Positions 56,291 to 64,000 of a stretch of DNA of 64,000 nt are shown here, piece after piece. The first letter of the stretch is position 1, and each line of letters opens with the position of its first letter. The stretch comes from Eledone cirrhosa (taxonomy: Eukaryota). The translations under genes were made by a program, and so were the position numbers. A model generated the notes under the pieces. The model did no database searches. It was not told the origin of the DNA and saw only the letters and a list, made by a program, of their open reading frames with translations. The stretch spans positions 119,970,001 to 120,034,000 of the forward strand of contig OZ024743.1 of the NCBI GenBank assembly GCA_964016885.1. Direction: 5' to 3'.

Positions 56291-56488
56291 GAAGAAGAAG
56301 AAGAAGAAGAAGAAGAAGAAGAAGAAGAAGAAGAAGAAGAAGAAGAAGAAGAAGAAGAAGAAGAAGAAGAAGAAGAAGAAGAAGAAGAAGAAGAAGAAGA
56401 AGAAGAAGAAGAAGAAGAAGAAGAAGAAGAAGAAGAAGAAGAAGAAGAAGAAGAAGAAGAAGAAGAAGAAGAAGAAGAAGAAGAAGAA
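56291..56488. repeat. Pure (GAA)n, about 66 units
   Basis: Direct reading. Confidence 0.97.
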
Positions 56489-56689
56489 GGCAGTAATACT
56501 GGTTTTCGATAATGATAATAATAACAATACCAGTTACAATAGCAACAACAATAGCTATGGCAATAATAATAGTGAACTGATATATTTTCACACACACACA
56601 CATTATGCACGCACATGCACTCACACACATATATATGCACATAGACACACTCAGGGTGTATTTTTTTCTTCTGCTTTGTCTGGAAATCG

Positions 56690-59600
56690 GACATGAGGGG
56701 GCGTTATTTAAGATGTGTGACGATGGACAAAGGGTCAAGAAAGGAAGTGTGGCCTCCGTACTGGAGTAATTTCCTTCGGCTGGTCATTGAAGCATTGCGA
56801 CCTTTGCTTACATCCGAATCTTAAAATGAATGGTGTTTTTACGAAAGCTGAGCGTATAGAGACGTCAGAAATACACGTTCCATCGATAAAATAAAACATC
56901 AATCTATTTATAGTCTATTGTTGCTGGCCTTAAACCAGTCACAATAAGCAGTAGGAATCAACAAATACCATGTATATCAACGTCGTCTAGGCAAGAATAG
57001 TTACTGAGAAGAAAAGAGAAGATAGTTCAGAAAAAGACAACAGACTACAACAACAAAGTCAGCAGCAACACAGAAAGTAGACAACGATAACTATAATCTG
57101 TAATGGTTTCTTTATTAACCACAATAGGTTTACACGAAGAAAATATTCAGGACCGCACTAATAATAATAAAACCCGTGGCCAAGAAATAACTGGCTGGCA
57201 CCAGAGTAATCTCAACGTAAGCCTTCTAAGTTCAGCACCACAAGGAAAACAAAAACTCAACTTATCAAATGGACACGAGAAGAGTATAAAGAAGCGATAT
57301 ACGCATTATATCATTCATTGGACAAAGCAACGGAATCAAAACACACAGTAAATTCTTTTAAATTATGAAACGAAAGAAATTCAGAAATGAAACCAAACCT
57401 GGACGAAAACAGAATTGCAAATTTTAGAAGAAGTATGTTTAGAAACAAGAGACTAACAGATGAAGAGTTGAATGAAATTAAGAAGAATGTTGAAAAAGAT
57501 TGGAGAATACCAATATCAGAAAGGGATAGAAATGAATATATGACAGAAAAGAAACCCCAAAACATATCGACTATGTTATCACCAAGACAGATTTCAAAGA
57601 AAATTTAAAGTATCAGAAACACAACAGAACAGAGTCAACATGAAAGATAGATTTACAATAGGGATGACCATAAAGTTCAGATAAAACAAACAAATTCTCA
57701 ACGGACTTGGAAAAAATAACATTTGTATGAGGTGGAAAAAGGTCCTTGCGAAAATTGACAAGAAACAACCAGAATAAAAGGAACATAAGAACTGGAAATC
57801 AGGTTGTTAAAGCAATAATTGAAGAGATGGAGCCTGATGTATCAGACTTGAATGAGATCATTTATGCAGCAGCAACGGTAATACATAGAAAATGTGTATT
57901 AAGGAAAAAGCGAAAAGAACACAACTCTAAGAAAAGCCAGTCTAGGAGATAAAAATTGAAAAAGAAATTGAAATGATGAGGGGAGAAATATCGATCTCGG
58001 TCGAAATATGTGCTGAGAAATTTGTCAACTCAAGAAAAGGAAGGAAAGTGATTAAGAAATCCAAAGTAACTTCAAAACCTGATATTCCGTCAATGAAAGA
58101 AACCCTGAAACAGAAGGAACAGCTAAAATTTCACAGAATCAGAAGATTTGAAAAGTGAAATAGATTTTACAGACAAAAACAGCTGTTTATGCCAGGTGCA
58201 AGAATGTTTTACAGGGAAATTGTGGCACAGACAACACAAGTAAAGGAAACCCCTTTAATTCATGAAATTGAAAAATTTTGGAAAACAGTATGGAGTACAG
58301 AAAAACCTCATAATGCGAATGCAGAATGGATAAATAACATGGTAGAAACCTACAATAATTTAAAAAGGCACACTAAGCCAGATATAACTAAGGAAGACCT
58401 GGAAATCTCTTAGCATTTATAACGTGCCAGACTTCTGTTTATCTTCTCTAAATACTACCCGTGATTCGTTGGTAAAATATTATAATGAAATTGTGCACAA
58501 TTTAAGAACATTCTTGATTGACAAAAATAAATATTTTAAAACCTTTTCGTCCTATCAGTTGCCTTCCCACATCATACAAAATTTTCCCCCTTAATCTTGA
58601 CTGAGAGACCTACAAAAATATGGATGAAAATCATATTTTCCCTATTGAGCAGAAAGGTTGTCACTGTGGGTCTTACGGTTGCAAAGACCAACTTCTCATT
58701 AACATTACGGTTTTGGAAACCTGTCATAACAAGCACAGAAGTTTGTGTACTGCTTGGATTGACTATAAAAAAGCATTTGATAGGGTTCCCCACCCATGGA
58801 GTTTGAAATCTTTGGATGCCCGGAAAATTTCCCCAACAATATCAATCTTCCTGAAATACATGTCTATATGGAATATAAATCTATCATTACCAAACAGTGA
58901 TGGAAATATAAATTCCAGCAACATAAGGACTAACTGTGGTATTGTTCAAGGTAATTTGTTTCCTCCTCTGATATTTTGCATTACACTCACATCGATGTCT
59001 CTCGCATTCAACAAAACAAAAAATATGGCTACAAAATAGAGAGCGAACCATACACCATATGTTTTATATGGATGATTTGAAATGACATCGAATTGGAAGG
59101 ACTGTTGGAGACAGTTAAGATGTTCAGCAATGAAATGGGATAGAGTTTGGTTTGGAAAATGAGTCAAAGTAACATTGAAGAAAGGCAGAATAACCAGCAC
59201 AAACTCAATGGAAATAGATGTGAATATAATAATTAAGAAATTAGAATAGAAACAAACCTATCGATATCTAAAGATCAATGAAGGCCAAGGTGAAAGAGAG
59301 AATCAGGAAGGAATGCTACACGAAAGTACATTCTGTTTTGAAAACTGAGCTTAACTCAAAGAATAAAATATCTGCTGTAAGTGCTCTCGCAATTCCGGTA
59401 GTCACCTATAGTTTCAATGTCATAAATTGGAACTTTAAGGAAATAAGGAAAATAGACACTAAAATCGGAAACTTCTGACCTGTCATAAAATACATCTCCC
59501 AAAAGCAGATATGGATTGCCTCTATCTCCCTAGACAAAATGGAGGTAGATGACTGATCCAGCTTGAGCTGTCATGCTAAATATTACCCATTGGTCTCGAA

Positions 59601-60668
59601 CAATACTTTAAATCTACAGATGATTAGATGCTGAAAATGGTTGCAGATCAAGAAAAGAAGAAGACTTCTTCCTTCCACAAAGGAAAGTAGGAAGTTTGAG
59701 GAAGAATTGAGAAAACATTTTGAAAGCTGCAAAGAACATAAAAATGTTGGCAAAACATGAAGGTCGACGGAGACTGTGCACTAAATAGGAGGAAAAACCA
59801 TTGCATGGGCATTATGTTCTCTGTAGCAAAGAACCTGGTGTAAATCAAGCTTTCACCCATCAGTGGCTGTGGAGTTCTGGTCTAAACGCAGAGAATGGGG
59901 GCTTCATTTTGGCTGCACAAGACCAATGTCTTTCAATGCACAACTTTCAAGCCAATGTGATCAGAAATGAAACTGATCCAAAGAGCAGACTCTGCGATGA
60001 ATATGCTGAGACCACTGACCACCTGGTTTCAGGCTGCAAAGTATGAGGTCACCAGGAACATAAAAGGATGTATTATAGAGTAGGGCAATATTTACATTGG
60101 GTAATATGCAGGTTTTATGGTATAAAAAAACGAGGGAAAATGGTACGACCTTCACCCAGATAACAGGTGAGAATGTAACAATCTTATGGAATTTCCCTGT
60201 GAACACTGACAGAACAATCAAGACCAACAGACCTGATGTAATTGTGACGGACCATTTGTGAAGAAAACACTTCTTTATTGATCTGGGCATTCAATCAGAT
60301 CGCAACATCTCAAACGTGTTCCGAAAGCTCAATAAATATAAAGATCTCACAATTGGAATTGAGAAAATGTCGCATCTTAAAGCCTGTACAATACCAGTGA
60401 TAGTCGGTGCACTTGGAATGATAAAAAAGGGAACTGAAAAATATTTAGACCAGATAACTAGAAAGCTATCTCTGCAATAGTTACAGAAAATAGCACTGAT
60501 TTGCACTGTCCATGTCCTGACACTTACAGTTTTTATGCTTTTATGGCATCATTCGTATGACAATTGATTGTAAAATGTGTACTACCAAATTTGGCCTCAG
60601 GTGTCAGGTTGACACGCAGCATGATATAGAAAAGAAGCAGAATTCAAAGGAAGTTTCAAATAATAATT
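56690..60668 (+). mobile_element. Decayed R4/Dong-clade LINE (RT plus restriction-like endonuclease)
   Basis: KWTREEYK, FRPISCLPTSYK, EQKGC..GCKDQLLIN, WIDYKKAFDRVPH, YMDDLK, RLCDEYAETTDHLVSGC, RPDVIV, IPVIVGALG; ends in TAATAA; many stops and frameshifts; 5' boundary approximate. Confidence 0.92.
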
Positions 60669-60842
60669 ATTTCTACTTTTGGCACAAGGCCAGCCATTAC
60701 TCAGTGCATTACTGGTACCTTCCTTATTTCATCGACCCCGTAAGGATGGAAAGCAAAGTTAACCTCGGCGGGATTTGAAATCAGACCGTAAATGGCCGTA
60801 ACTCTACAAAACCTGGCATCCGACCCTCTACCGACACTGCCA
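60661..60842 (-). mobile_element. Meta-domain SINE inserted tail-to-tail in the R4 element's TAA tail
   Basis: Consensus match. Confidence 0.9.
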
Positions 60843-61145
60843 GTGTACGATAAAGTTATTTCTGTATATATAGACATAGTAACTTAGTACATCCATTTCA
60901 GAATGATACTAAAAATCAATGGGTATATAAACCCATCAAATACGTGTTGTGTTTGTTCGGGGGATGAAAAATAGATTAAAGGTGTTTATAATTTTTTCAA
61001 TTTACTAGGAAATTCGTATTTTCTAGCATGTTTATATCTCTACATGTTAAATATGTGTATATTTATATAAACATTGGTGCAACCTCAGTTACTCAGTCTG
61101 TATTTATACATATTTAACTTTATCGAACACTTTGGCTGCTGACGC

Positions 61146-61289
<144 letters not shown>

Positions 61290-61334
61290 ATCATATTATA
61301 TGATATTATAATGTATTACCCTTTATTTTATTAT

Positions 61335-61440
61335 ACTGGGGTAATTGCTGGCCTTGTGCCAAAAGTAGAAACAATTATATTATATTATATTATATTATAT
61401 TATATTATATTATATTATATTATATTATATTATATTATAA
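61335..61440 (+). mobile_element. SINE 3' stub with expanded (ATTAT)n tail
   Basis: ACTGGGGTAATTGCTGGCCTTGTGCCAAAAGTAGAAAC; flanking duplication TATAATGTATTA(C/T)CCTTTATTTTATT. Confidence 0.85.
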
Positions 61441-62170
61441 TGTATTATCCTTTATTTTATTCTATTATATTATATTATATTTTAATATATGTTAATTATA
61501 ATACATGAGGCTAGATGTCAGCCTATCTATGATGGTAGGTGCACAAAGATTATGAGTATGTTTAAAATTAATAGTAATGTTTTAAAGTCAGAGCTTTAAA
61601 ATTTTAGAATTAGGAATCCCAATCAACTGGATCAAATGTCAAGTTTTTCGTCAAAGAACCGTGAATAAGTGTCTCACTCATATACAAAAAATACTCCCAC
61701 TTTTCCCTTTTCAAGGACAATAATATCAATGAGTTTTATGTGAGGATTGGGTAAAATAAAGGACGATTTATTGGCCTAAAAATTTAATAAACTTGATCCA
61801 CCAAAACCAGTAAAAAAAACTGCCGAGTCTGGTTTTCTATTGTTACCTAAACCGGATAACTAGAATTAGTGCTTCCTTCCTTTCAAATTTCTACTCGAGA
61901 CAAAGCAAAATAAACAAAGATTATGTATTCAATTTGCTTGTTGGCAAATTTCCTTTCATTGCACGCTTGATCAGATCAGGATATGGCACCCCATGGTGCT
62001 TCCAATTACAATCAGCATTTCAATGAGTTTGTTAAAAAAAAGTAATAATAATAATAAAATAATAAATAAAACTTTAGAAACAGCCACAAAACCAACGACT
62101 AGAACGGCAATCGCTGCAGCAGCATTTATAACAATAGAAACACAGAACAACAACTACAACATCAACAACA

Positions 62171-62203
62171 AGCAGCAGCAGCAGCAGCAGAAGCAGCAGA
62201 AGC

Positions 62204-62238
<35 letters not shown>

Positions 62239-62239
62239 C

Positions 62240-62286
<47 letters not shown>

Positions 62287-62309
62287 CAGCAGCAGCAGTA
62301 ATAGTAGTA

Positions 62310-62342
<33 letters not shown>

Positions 62343-62343
62343 A

Positions 62344-62405
<62 letters not shown>

Positions 62406-62593
62406 AAACAATTGTAATAACAACACAAACAACTACATTACCAACTAATCTTAAACACATTAGAAACGAAAATAACAACATACACTCATACATTCAATGT
62501 ATATGTGTATCTATCTATATATATATAGACATATATGTGTGTGTGTGTATATATATGTATATACATATATGTATGTATATACATATATGTATG

Positions 62594-62624
<31 letters not shown>

Positions 62625-62763
62625 GTGTATGTATATATATATATATATATATATACATATGTGAGTATATATATACATACATGTATATATATATACATAT
62701 ATATATATATACATATATATATGTATATATATATATACATACATACATACATACATACATACA

Positions 62764-62799
<36 letters not shown>

Positions 62800-63018
62800 T
62801 GTACATATATATATATATACATACATATATATATACATATATATATACATACATGGATATATATATATACATGCATACATATATATATATACATATATAT
62901 ATATACATATATATACATACATACATATATATACATATATATATATATCCATACATACATACATATATACATATATATACATACATATGTACATACACAC
63001 ACATATATATATATACAT

Positions 63019-63089
<71 letters not shown>

Positions 63090-63100
63090 CATATATGCAC
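62171..63100. repeat. (CAG)n/(TAG)n then (TA)n/(ATAC)n microsatellites
   Basis: Direct reading. Confidence 0.95.
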
Positions 63101-63489
63101 ACATGAAAAATAACTGTAACTACACCTCACAGGCCACAACGCGTAAGATGAATAGCAAGTTAAAACAACAAAATCAATTACTACAAACAAGAACAATTAC
63201 AATAAAACAACAACAGCAACAACAAGGCAAACATCGACTAAAAGAACATGTTTTCTTGATTCTACTAGAAATAACAATAGAAGAAGCAACAACAGCAGCA
63301 ATAACAGTAACAACAGAATTTAAACCACTAAACAAACCACAACTGTGACAATGGCATAAAAACAATAACAGCAATGAAGCAAAAATAGTTATGACAGCAG
63401 AGCCACACGAATAACAACTGTGGGAAGGAGTACACTAACTACAATAGAAATTGTAGGAACTCTATAATAACGTAAAATCATTATATACC

Positions 63490-63947
63490 TTCGTAAAGAC
63501 CTGAAAATCCGCCTCTTCATTGCTGTAGTGGAGTATATGCTGCTGTACGGGTCTGACACTTGGACACTGACCAAGAAACTCACTCAGATGGTGGATGAGT
63601 GCTACACGAGAATGCTGAGGATGGCTCTGAACATTAATCAGTATACACTGAGAATGAAAAACTCAGAGCTGTATGGGAGCCTCCCAAAAGTCAGCTCAAA
63701 GGTGACACAGAGGAGATTGAGGTTAGCTGGACATGCTCACCGACATCCAGAGTTGACATTGCACTCAGTGCTCCTGTGGGAGCCCCTACATGGACACCCT
63801 GCAAGAGGAAGACCAAGGTTAACGTATGTTGATGCCCTAAGGACAGACACTGGTCTGTTGGAGACGCAGGACATGGCAGCGATAATGAGGGACAGAGACC
63901 GCTGGAGAGAACTCGTCCATAGATCTCGGGAATTTTACCTGCCCTAG
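63490..63947 (+). mobile_element. 3' fragment of an RTE-clade LINE ORF
   Basis: LLYGSDTWTLT..YTRMLRMALN..RRLRLAGH..LLWEP.HG..RGRPR..DRDRWR. Confidence 0.9.
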
Positions 63948-63959
63948 AATATATATATA

Positions 63960-64000
63960 CAGGGTGTCCCCCAAAAATGTATACACACTTTGATTACCTG
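63960..64000 (+). mobile_element. Left TIR of a Tc1/mariner-type element, running out of the window
   Basis: TA|CAGGGTGTCCCCCAAAAA inserted in (TA)n. Confidence 0.6.

Noticed and set aside
60570-60668. R4/Dong 3' end as the SINE partner (shared TAA-type tail)
   Set aside because: Only AAATT..GGCCT resembles the SINE and it is not at the terminus; weaker than the Tx1 match, though not excluded

Overview
Repeat-dominated, AT-rich eukaryotic DNA, most likely from an octopod cephalopod (inferred from SINE families and microsatellite density). Most listed ORFs are microsatellite translations and no intact host gene is visible. Main content: over 20 tRNA-derived Meta-domain SINE copies; a head-to-tail stack of three Tx1/L1-clade LINEs separated by (ATCT)n tails (41.5-51.2 kb); a decayed R4/Dong LINE; RTE, LTR, Tigger, hAT and mariner relics; Penelope-type hammerhead remnants; a decayed VGAT-like fragment; and a candidate minus-strand promoter and first exon. 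The most interesting signal is a probable SINE-Tx1 partnership: both end in a hairpin with the same loop, a compensatory base pair and the same spacing to the tail. Coordinates and alignments were read by eye and no searches were run.
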